Assembly (NCBI GenBank): GCA_965237415.1
Contig: CBDEFM010000001.1
Location: 32,001 to 96,000 of the forward strand
Direction: 5' to 3'
Length of the DNA stretch: 64,000 nucleotides
DNA from: Alphaproteobacteria bacterium
GTDB taxonomy: Bacteria > Pseudomonadota > Alphaproteobacteria > UBA828
Shown here: positions 1-8,700 of the stretch, one piece after another
Layout of the letters: each line of letters begins with the position of its first letter
Position numbering within the stretch: position 1 is the stretch's first letter
Notes under the pieces: generated by a model
Databases searched by the model: none
What the model saw: the letters and a program-made list of their open reading frames with translations, nothing else
What the model was told of the DNA's origin: nothing
Made by a program: the position numbers and the translations under genes

Positions 1-625
1 ATTGCGTGGAGGGATCGGCCAGGACCCTCACGCAGGCTTCCGCGACGTTTTCCACGAACACGGGTTGCAGTCTCGTGCCTCCCGTTCCGAACAGCGGCAG
101 AACCGGGCTTTGCCGTGCCAGCGTCGCAAGCCTGTTCAGGAAGGAATCGCCCGGACCGAATATCACGCCGGGACGTAGGATCGTGACGTCATCGAAGGCC
201 TGCTTGACGAGGCTCTCTCCGATCCCCCGGGCACGGACATAACGCGAGTCCGACCCGGGATCGGCGCCCAGGCCGGAGATATGGATCAGCCGTAGGGCGC
301 CGGCCTGCTTCGTCTGCCGGGCGACGTGCAGAGCTCCCTCGCCGTGGATCCTGTCGAATGTCGTGCCCCCTTTTTCGACATAGTGGCCGACGGTGTTGAT
401 GACCGAAGCCGCACCTTCCACCGCCCGTGTGACCGTCGCCTCGTCCCATACATCCGCCTGCACCAGCTCGATCCGGCCGTCCGCGTCGAGCCGCCGCAGG
501 AAGACTGCGCGGTCGGGGTGGCGCACGCCCACACGCACGTCGTGCCCGGCGGCGGCCAGATGCTCCACGATCCGGCGGCCCAGGAACCCCGATCCCCCGA
601 ATACCGTCACTAATTTGGACGCCAT
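1..625 (-). CDS. Complex I NDUFA9-like atypical SDR / NAD(P)-binding protein (3' end runs off window)
   Basis: Manual translation from ATG at 625: MASKLVTVFGGSGFLGRRIVEHLAAAGHDVRVGVRHP...LIHISGLGAD...TILRPGVIFGPGDSFLN; Rossmann GGSGFLG. Absent from ORF track because there is no stop in the window. Confidence 0.85.
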   Translation of the reverse strand, partial: MASKLVTVFGGSGFLGRRIVEHLAAAGHDVRVGVRHPDRAVFLRRLDADGRIELVQADVWDEATVTRAVEGAASVINTVGHYVEKGGTTFDRIHGEGALHVARQTKQAGALRLIHISGLGADPGSDSRYVRARGIGESLVKQAFDDVTILRPGVIFGPGDSFLNRLATLARQSPVLPLFGTGGTRLQPVFVENVAEACVRVLADPSTQ

Positions 626-648
626 CGGCTCGACACCAGATTCCCCGT

Positions 649-2169
649 TCAGGAAACGGGGTAAGGCCGGCCCGGCCGGCCCACGGCCGCGAGGAACATG
701 ACCGACTTGCCAGCCGCGTGGGGCGAGAAGAATGCGGTCACGTCGTCATCGAGGAAAGTCAGCCCCGTGGCCCCCAGACCCAGTGCATAGGCGGCGAGAT
801 AGACCCTGCCGCCCCGTATCCCTCCTTCGAGCTCGGCCGCGCGATAGCCTCGGTCGCCGAAACGCGCCGTCACGCGTTGCAGGTCGGCGAGGAAGTAAAG
901 GTTGACGCTGGCCTCGCCCGCCAGGTCCTGCCCCAGCGCCAAGGCCGTCGCTTCCACCCGAAACGTTCCCTCGCGGAGCGGCTCCAGCCCGCCGTGCGCG
1001 GGCCTGTATGCGTAGGTTCCCGCGGGGAGCCCGTCGACGGCGTTGACGATCAGATAGAGGTCGCAGAGGGACGCTCCGGAGGGCGCCAGAAAGTCCGCGG
1101 CAATGGCGCGGTCGGTCCGGTCCAGGATCGTCGAGAGCTCGGTGAAGGAGATGCTTTTGCCGGTGAACCGGCGGCTCGATCCGCGACGCCGGATCACGGC
1201 CTCCAGCGGCTCGGCCGGAACCGCATCGTCCGCCGCTGGTTGCAGGGGGACGAGCCGGTCTGGAGAGGCTTCGGTGCCTTCGTCCATGGCCCCGCGCCAC
1301 ACGGCCGCCTCGGCGCCGGTGTTCAGGCAGGAGGCGGCGTGAACCGCTGGAATGTCCGGGTACGCCACCTCGTAACGCGAGAGCGGCTCCGTCGACAGTC
1401 CGAGCGGGGCAAGCCGGGGAGGGGCCGCGGCCTGAGCCGGACCGCCGCGCCCGATCGGCACCAGCATCAGAGACGCCTCCTTCTCAGGATCGACGTCGAG
1501 CAGCCGGTTGACGGGGTCGTCGGCATAACCGGCCACCAAGGCGGCCGGGAGTTCCAGGGCCGCCGCCTGCGCCAGGAGGTTGGCCGCCATGCAGCCCGAA
1601 TCCCACCAGGCGTGGCGATAGGCACGCACCTGGTACTTCCAGGCGTTGCGCCACCACGTGCTCGTCAGGACCAGCACCACCGGCGCGTCGGCCACGGCGG
1701 CGGGCGCGCCGCTCGCGTCGATGAGGACCTGCCGGCAATCGCCCGGCCGTAGCAGGCACACTGAGGAATCCTTCGGCTGGAACTGATAGACGCCGGCCGG
1801 CAGGTCTTTCAGGTCGGCGCAGATCACGTAGACCTCGATGTGGTAGAGTGCGCCGGTGCAAGGCGCACCGCGGAACAGCATCTCGCCGCCCGGATAGCGC
1901 CGCCGTTTGGTGATGCCGACCGCCGACAGCAGACGCGCCAGCTCATTCCGGGCAGGAACCCGGTCGCCACCGGGGTGTGCTCCCGGTTCCGCCAGCGCGG
2001 CCAGCGCCGGAACCGCCGAGTCCGGCAGATCGGTCGAGAGCGGCTGGCGCGCCAAGTCGATATAGATCTTGAAGGGGTGCGGCATGTTCGCAAAGTCGAG
2101 GGAGTGGGGATTGGCGCGAATGCGCTCCCACGAATGCTTGGTGGACTCGTGGTAGTCCAAGGCCCTCAT
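649..2169 (-). CDS. SagB/ThcOx-family dual nitroreductase-domain dehydrogenase
   Basis: YHESTKHS N-terminus, RGAPCTGALYHIEVY, WRNAWKYQVRAYRHAWWDSG; second domain with IRRRGSSRRF, GDRGYRAAELEGG and ATGLTFLDDDV. Confidence 0.85.
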   Translation of the reverse strand: MRALDYHESTKHSWERIRANPHSLDFANMPHPFKIYIDLARQPLSTDLPDSAVPALAALAEPGAHPGGDRVPARNELARLLSAVGITKRRRYPGGEMLFRGAPCTGALYHIEVYVICADLKDLPAGVYQFQPKDSSVCLLRPGDCRQVLIDASGAPAAVADAPVVLVLTSTWWRNAWKYQVRAYRHAWWDSGCMAANLLAQAAALELPAALVAGYADDPVNRLLDVDPEKEASLMLVPIGRGGPAQAAAPPRLAPLGLSTEPLSRYEVAYPDIPAVHAASCLNTGAEAAVWRGAMDEGTEASPDRLVPLQPAADDAVPAEPLEAVIRRRGSSRRFTGKSISFTELSTILDRTDRAIAADFLAPSGASLCDLYLIVNAVDGLPAGTYAYRPAHGGLEPLREGTFRVEATALALGQDLAGEASVNLYFLADLQRVTARFGDRGYRAAELEGGIRGGRVYLAAYALGLGATGLTFLDDDVTAFFSPHAAGKSVMFLAAVGRPGRPYPVS

Positions 2170-2179
2170 GATCCACCCG

Positions 2180-2956
2180 TCAGTGGTGCTCGGCCTGCCA
2201 TAGCGGCTTGCTCAGCTGCGCCGCGTAGCCGGACAGCATGACGTTGAAGCTCACGCTGATCCGGTCTCGATCGCCGCGGTTGGCGTCCACCGAATGCGGC
2301 AGCCACGCCGGGAACAGCAGGACCGTGCCCTCGCTCACCCGCACGACCACCTGGTCCGTATTGTCGGCGCTGAGCTCGACGACGGGCGGCCGCAGAATCC
2401 CCGTCTGGCTGCGCGGATCGTGAAAATTGATGGTGTCCCCGCCACTCGGCACCCGCACATAGTAGACGCCGCTCAGGAAGTTGTTGGGATGGCTGTGGAG
2501 CCCGTGTGCGGCGCCCGGCGCATTCATGTTGGCCCAGCAGCCGGTGATCTCGAACGCCACTTCGCCGATACGCAGATAGTCGAGGACGTCCCTCACGGTC
2601 ACGTCGATGCTTTCGATCAGTTCGTGAAACGCATCCAGCTTGTGCAAATCGTGCCCTGACTGCCAGCCGCGGCCTGCGGCCGGGGTGGCCATCCCGCGTC
2701 GCAGCGCGGCGAGCTTGGCAACGATCGCCTCGTTGATGCGGCGGCAGGCGTGGGGCCTGATCTCGGCCCTCCACACGACGGTCGGGAAGAGCCGCATCGC
2801 GCGGGCTTCCAAGATCGGGGACTGTTCCGTTCCCTCCACCGGCCGCCTCCGCCGCCGCTCCGCTTCAAGCGAGGCCACGCCGCCGACGCCAGGGAGGGCG
2901 ACCGGCGGTACCGCCACTCTATCAGTGTCGGTCCATTGCAGGGCGATATTCGACAT
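2180..2956 (-). CDS. 2OG-Fe(II) oxygenase superfamily (TIGR02466-like)
   Basis: CWANMN, HSHPNNFLSGVYYV, LLFPAWLPHSV, RISVSFN. Start may be further downstream (MRLFPT, 2797). Confidence 0.8.
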   Translation of the reverse strand: MSNIALQWTDTDRVAVPPVALPGVGGVASLEAERRRRRPVEGTEQSPILEARAMRLFPTVVWRAEIRPHACRRINEAIVAKLAALRRGMATPAAGRGWQSGHDLHKLDAFHELIESIDVTVRDVLDYLRIGEVAFEITGCWANMNAPGAAHGLHSHPNNFLSGVYYVRVPSGGDTINFHDPRSQTGILRPPVVELSADNTDQVVVRVSEGTVLLFPAWLPHSVDANRGDRDRISVSFNVMLSGYAAQLSKPLWQAEHH

Positions 2957-3100
2957 CCCGCCCCCGGCCGCCGCCTTTCGATGAAGCGGTCGTGACCTGC
3001 TCGCGTTCAGTCCGAGGGCCGTGACCCACGAGCCGAAGGGACCCGGGCCCGACTTCTCCGCCGCGTTCGCAACGGCTGTCGCTTGTGGTATTCCGGGGTC

Positions 3101-3655
3101 ATGGTGTGGATCAGGCCGGCAAGCCTATCGGACGCCTCCGCGATCGCCGACATCCAGGTCGAGACGTGGCGTGACACCTATGCCGGGCTGATCCCCGACA
3201 GGACGCTTCTGGGCCTGTCCCGCATGTGCCACATCGAGAGCTGGCGCCGGATCCTGCGTGACACACGGGCGGAATCTATCACGCGCGTGGCCGAGGGACC
3301 GGACTCCCGCGTCGTCGGCTTCGCCAACGCCGGCCGCGCGCGCCCGACGAACCTGCCCTATGACGGTGAGGTCTACACGCTCTATGTCCTGCCGGAACAC
3401 CAGGGTGCGGGTCACGGTCGGGGTCTGCTCGGCGCGCTGCTCTCGGCACTCTCGGCGGCCGGCTGTCGGAGCGCGTTGGTCTGGGTCTTGGCGGAGAACC
3501 CGGCTCGCTTTTTCTACGAGGCCATGGGCGGCACCCTCATCGCGACGCGGGAGGAGCCGTTCCACGGCGTCGTTCTCAGCGAGTGTGCGTATGGCTGGCC
3601 CGACCTCGGCCGCCACGCCGAAATGCGCACGTGGGCCTCCGACAGCAGCGGCTAG
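3101..3655 (+). CDS. GNAT family N-acetyltransferase
   Basis: IRPA...ETWRDTYAGLIP, LYVLPEHQGAGHGRGL (acetyl-CoA motif A), VWVLAENPARFFYEAMGG. Confidence 0.9.
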   Translation: MVWIRPASLSDASAIADIQVETWRDTYAGLIPDRTLLGLSRMCHIESWRRILRDTRAESITRVAEGPDSRVVGFANAGRARPTNLPYDGEVYTLYVLPEHQGAGHGRGLLGALLSALSAAGCRSALVWVLAENPARFFYEAMGGTLIATREEPFHGVVLSECAYGWPDLGRHAEMRTWASDSSG

Positions 3656-4116
3656 TGTTCTGTCCCAGAGATAGATGATATATTTATGGGCAGTTTCCTG
3701 TCAGGAGTCTGAGCTGGCCTCGCCCTGAGGTGGCCCCGGAAAATCGGGCAGGTCGCTAAGGTGTGCGCCACTTACAAATCTGATTTGCGGTACACTGAGG
3801 CTGACGTAGGGTTGCAGTTTCATCCTGTATCATGGTTATGATACAATAGCTTAGGGTTGCTGTCAAGGACGAATGGGGCTGGTTCGAACGACACAGAGAT
3901 CGACAAAGTGACACTGAGGAGTTGCGCTGGGGGATCAGGTGTGGAAGTTGGACTGGAACATCTATACAATCCTGTTGATCCGATAGATGGGATCTGTACG
4001 TAACCTATAAGTGATACGAGTGGTATGGCTATGAGGATTTCCCGAGGAATCTGTGTGACAACGTTTTCCATATGGAGATCTGCTGTGTTGCAGCTGACGC
4101 AGGCTTTTTCGGACGG

Positions 4117-4488
4117 ATGGCGGCCATGAGGGAGGATGCCAGCGGGCGCCGCCAGCGTGCCGTGATGGCGACCGATGAGGAGTGGGAACGGATCGGCCGG
4201 GCGGCTGCGGCGAGCGGCATGGACCTGTCGCGCTACGTGATCCATCGCGCGCTGGACCTGGCCCCTCTGCCGCCGGAAGTCCTGCGCCGGGCGGTGCGCG
4301 AGATGCTGGTGCTGTCCAGGCTGGAGGAGAGGCGGCTGCGCGGGGCCGGCGCCGGCGAGGCCTGGGAGGACGCTTGCGACGCGGTGGACGAATGGATCGA
4401 CCGGGAGGGCATGCTGGAGGGGCTGACCGATCCCGGCGCGGCGAACCGCTGGAAGGCGATTGGGCCGGCTGGAGAGGACGAGCCGTGA
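4117..4488 (+). CDS. Ribbon-helix-helix (MobC/TrwA/CopG-like) protein 1
   Basis: RRQRAVMATDEEWERIGRAAAASGMDLSRYVIHRAL fits the RHH beta-alpha-alpha pattern; upstream of relaxase. Confidence 0.65.
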   Translation: MAAMREDASGRRQRAVMATDEEWERIGRAAAASGMDLSRYVIHRALDLAPLPPEVLRRAVREMLVLSRLEERRLRGAGAGEAWEDACDAVDEWIDREGMLEGLTDPGAANRWKAIGPAGEDEP

Positions 4489-4796
4489 CGGAGGAGGCGG
4501 AGCGGTCCGGCAGGCGGCAGCGGAGCCTGCACTGCAAGCCTGCGGAGCAGGCGATGATCCGGGAGCGCGCGGCGGCGACGGAGAAGACAGTGTCGCGCTA
4601 TGTGATGGAGCTTGCGCTCGCCGACGATCCGGACCGCCATCCCCTGGTGCTGACGGAAGAGGAACAGGTGGAGCAGCAGGATGGGGTCCTGGAGTTGCAG
4701 GCATTGGCGCAGGCTCTCCGGCGCGAGCTTCCGGGCGGCAGCGGGCTGAGCCTGCTGAGCGCGATCTCCGTGCTTGCACGGGAGCGGGCGCCGTGA
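4485..4796 (+). CDS. Ribbon-helix-helix protein 2
   Basis: GTG overlaps previous TGA (GTGA); RRQRSLHCKPAEQAMIRERAAATEKTVSRYVMELAL. Confidence 0.65.
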   Translation: MTEEAERSGRRQRSLHCKPAEQAMIRERAAATEKTVSRYVMELALADDPDRHPLVLTEEEQVEQQDGVLELQALAQALRRELPGGSGLSLLSAISVLARERAP

Positions 4797-5248
4797 GACG
4801 GGCGCGGCGCCGCCGGAAGGTGGGCAAGCACATCTCGCTCTCGGCGACGGACGCGGATTGGGAGATCGTTCGCAGCAATGCAAAGCAGCGCGGCCTGTCG
4901 ATCGCGCGCTACCTGGTGGAGCTGGTGGAGCGGGACGCTTCGGAAGAGGACGCCGGTCCTGCGCTGGCGCTCGCGGCGGAAGAGCAGCGGGAGCAACTGG
5001 AGGCGGTGCGGGAGATTCGCGCGCTGATGCTGGAGGGGGAGGATGCGGGTCCCCTGGTGCGCGACATGCAGGAGCGGATCGCGGTGATGTTCGCCGCCTG
5101 GGCGTCTGCGATGGCCGGGTCGGGCCGCTCGGAAGAGCTGCGTGCGGCGCTCGCCTCGGTGCTGGGAGAGGAGCGAGCGCGCATCGCTGCGGCCTCGGTC
5201 GTGGCCTCGGTCGTGCCGTCTGCCGCGAAGCGGGCGAAGGTTCCGTAG
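4793..5248 (+). CDS. Ribbon-helix-helix protein 3
   Basis: GTGA overlap; KHISLSATDADWEIVRSNAKQRGLSIARYLVELV followed by a helical C-terminus. Confidence 0.65.
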   Translation: MRRARRRRKVGKHISLSATDADWEIVRSNAKQRGLSIARYLVELVERDASEEDAGPALALAAEEQREQLEAVREIRALMLEGEDAGPLVRDMQERIAVMFAAWASAMAGSGRSEELRAALASVLGEERARIAAASVVASVVPSAAKRAKVP

Positions 5249-5361
5249 GCCGGCGAAGGGAAGACGGACCCCCGCCAGGACCGGCTGCTGTGAGGCGGAC
5301 TCCGTCTCCGCCGCGACCCCGGTGAGGTGCAGGAGGTCGTCCACACGAGAGGAGGGGTAGC

Positions 5362-5733
5362 GTGACTGCGGACCGCGACGGCAAGAGCAGACAAGGCCAG
5401 CCGGACCTCCTGGCGAGCCTGCCGGCGGAGCGTCCGCCCGCTTCGCAGCCGGCACCCGGTATCGATCCGGCCGCGATCGAGGAATTGCTGACCGGGGTGC
5501 GGGACCTCCGCGAGCAGGTGGCCGGACTGAGCCGTGTCGCCGAGGGAGCGGCGGCCGCCAAACAGCCGGCGCCAGTAACGCCGGAGGCGCTCGAGGCCTG
5601 GGGCGACAAGCTCGTGAGCCGTGTCGCCGAGGCCGCGCGGACCGCGGACGCACCGGGGGACGAGGCGGCGGCGTTCCCCCTCTCTGCCTCTGCCGCTCAC
5701 CGGCGCGGCCTTATCCGAGGCCTGAGCCGATGA
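5362..5733 (+). CDS. Hypothetical protein (coiled-coil, possibly truncated), coupled to relaxase
   Basis: Strong RBS GAGGAGGGG before GTG; ATGA overlap with relaxase start; internal 18-bp direct repeat TGAGCCGTGTCGCCGAGG at 5528 and 5615. Confidence 0.5.
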   Translation: MTADRDGKSRQGQPDLLASLPAERPPASQPAPGIDPAAIEELLTGVRDLREQVAGLSRVAEGAAAAKQPAPVTPEALEAWGDKLVSRVAEAARTADAPGDEAAAFPLSASAAHRRGLIRGLSR

Positions 5734-8700
5734 CAGCCACGGTCGTGGTGGTTCGTTCGTCCGGCAAGGCGGTGATCTATTACGAGCGCGACGGCTACTA
5801 CCTCAAGAACGACCCCGAGCACCGCCAGGCGAGTTTTTGGTACGGGGATGCGGCGAAGGCGCTGGGGCTCAGGGCCCATGTGCGTCCGTCGCGCTTCGAA
5901 GCGGTGCTGTCGGGATACGTGCCCGGGACGGATCTGCGTCTCGGCCGGATGCGCGAGGGGCAGCACGAGCACCGGCCGGGCTGGGACATCACCCTGTCGG
6001 CGCCGAAGTCGGTGTCGCTGGAGGCGCTGGTGATGGGCGACCGCCGCGTGATCCGGGCTCACGACGAGGCGGTGCGCGCGACGCTCGACTTCGTGGAGGC
6101 GGAGCTTCTGCAGACCCGGGGCTGGGACCCGGCGACCCGCCGCCGCCCCCGGGTGAGCGCGAATGGCATGGTGGTGGCGGGGTTCCGGCATCTGGCGAGC
6201 CGCGACCAGGACCCGCAGCTGCACACCCACTGCGTGCTGGCCAACATGACGCGCACTGCCTCGGGCGAATGGCGGAGCGTGGAGCCGACGAAGATCCGCC
6301 GCAGCCAGAAGCTGATCGGAGCGTATTACCGGAACGAGCTGGCGCGGCGCCTCCAGGCGCTCGGCATGGCGGTGGCGCCGCGCATGGTGGGGCCGGTACC
6401 GGGGTTCGAGCTTGCGGGTTACGAGCGCTCGTTCATCGATGCCTTCTCGGGCCGGCGCCGGGCGATCCTGGAATACCTGGAACAAAAGGAGCTGTCCTAC
6501 ACGGCGGAGAATACGCAGATGGCGGCGCTGCACACGCGCCGGCGCAAGGAGGACCGGACTCTCGCGGACCTGGTGCCGGAATGGCGCGCGCGGGCCCAGG
6601 CACTGGGGCTGGTCCGGGAGAGAATGGCTCTGAGGCCACCCCGGCCCCTCGACCCGCTGACCGGCGAGCAGGTGAGAGTGCCGCGCGTGCCAGCGCCGGA
6701 CCTGCCGGCCAACGAGATCCGCAGCCAGAAGCGCGCGCCGGCGCTGCCGAAGCTGCCCCGCGACGGCGTTTCCGAAGGGGCGGAAGCGCGCCTCACAGGC
6801 GCGGGCTTCCGGGCGCCGGCGGAGCTGTTGCTGAAGCCGGAGCGGGGCGTTCTGGAGGCGGTGGCGCGGGCGGTGGCGCATGTTGCGGAGAGGCGCACCG
6901 CGGTCCCGGAGGCCGAGATCCGTGCGGTGGCGCTGGGACACGCGCCGGGGCGCTACACGCTGGCGGAGATCGACGCGGCGATCGCACGGCTTGTGCGTGA
7001 CGGCGAGCTGATCGAGGTGGAACGCCGGGGGATGGACCGGGCCTTCGTCACCGACCGGGCGGTGAAGGCTGAACGCCGCGTGCTGGCGTCGATGCGGGCG
7101 GGGCGCGGCAAGGGCATGGCGCTGGCGAACGGGGAGATGGTGGAGAAGCGGCTCGAGCCGTCGCGCCTCACCCGGGGCCAGAGGGAGGCGGTCCGCACGG
7201 TGCTGTTGTCGAACGACCTCGTGATCGGCGTGCAGGGCCATGCCGGCAGCGGCAAGACGACCATGCTGAGCGAGGTGAAGGAGCTACTCGGGGAGCGGAA
7301 GATACAGGGCCTGGCGCCGTCGGCCGTGGCCGCCCGGGTTCTCGCCAGGGAGGCCGGCATCCCCACGCGGACGCTGCAGTACTTCCTGACCCGCTTCGGC
7401 GACCTCTCGGACCCGGAGCGGCTGGCGCGGGCCCAGGCGGAGTACGCGGGCGCGGTTCTGGCGGTGGACGAGGCCTCGATGACCGGCAGCGTTCGCATGG
7501 AGGCGCTGCTGCGCGTCGCGCGCGCGCTGAAGGTGGCGCGGGTCGTGCTGGTGGGCGACACCAAACAGTTGAAGGCGGTGGATGCGGGGCAGCCCTTCCG
7601 TCTGCTGCAGAAGGCGGGCATGGCGACAGCGACGATGAAGGAGGTGAAGCGCCAGCGCGACCCGGAGCTGCGGGCTGCGGTGGGTCTTGCCCGGGAAGGG
7701 GAGCCGGGCGCGGCGATCGCGGGGCTGGGCAATCGGGTGCGCGAGGCGCCTCAGGAGGAGCTTGGGTTGGAGGCGGGGCGTCGCTGGCTCGCGCTGGCTC
7801 CGGAGCATCGGGCGGACACCCTGATCCTCGCCCCCACGCACGCGATCTGCCGGCAGGCGAACGAGGCCGTGCGCGAGGGGCTGGCGGAGGAAGGCCTGTT
7901 GAGGGGCCGCACACTCGCCGTCGACCGCCTGGTCAACCGGCGGCTCACCCGGGTGCAGGCCTCCGACATCCGGAGCTACGAGCCCGGCGACACCGTCGTG
8001 TTCCATCGCGACGTCTTCGGCTGCCGCGCGAACGACGTCTGCATCGTCATGGGCCACGACGACGGCAGGGTCGTGCTGGCCCATGCGGACGGCGAACGGC
8101 GGTTCCGGCCCTCGGGCAATGCGGCGGGCTATCTGGGCCTCTACGACACCGAGCGGATCGAGTTGCGTGCCGGCGACCTGATCCGCTGGACGCGCAACCG
8201 CAAGGCACCCCTCGCCCGCGGCAACCATCCCCAGGCGCCGGACCTGGTCAATGGCGGCGAGGCGGAGATCGTGGAGATCGGATACAAGCGGGTGCGCTTC
8301 CGCGACGGAGAGCGGGAGTTCAGTATCGCGCTCACCGACCCGCAGCTCCGCCATCTCGATCACGCGTATTGCTCGACCGTGCATTCTGCACAGGGCCGGA
8401 CGGCGCGGGGGGCGATCGCCGTGCTGGACGCAGGCGGCTGGGTCGACCCCGAGCTTTTTCATGTCGAGCTCAGCCGGGTCTCTGAGGCGTTCCTGCTGCT
8501 GACCGACGACCGGGAGGCGCTGACCGACGACCGGGAGGCGCTGATCGAGCGCCTTGAGGCGCAAGACTGGAGCGAGGACGGGGCGCTGGAGGCGTTGGGG
8601 ATCGACCTTTCCGAGCCCCCCGTGGTCGACCCCGAAGAGTTTGCGGCGCTGGCGGCGGACTGGCGGGCACTTCTGCGGGAGGGCGAGGAGAGGAACACCG

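Noticed and set aside
649-2169. Complete azole-RiPP cluster
   Set aside because: No YcaO, precursor peptide or exporter visible in the window.
3870-3900. GGTTCGAA resembling a tRNA T-loop (also GGTTCGA near 25892)
   Set aside because: No T-stem, acceptor stem or cloverleaf can be formed; not a tRNA or tRNA-derived att site.
3820-4110. Possible coding region on the minus strand of the AT-richer segment
   Set aside because: Tail of a shadow ORF with no RBS or family motif; better explained as non-coding oriT/regulatory DNA.
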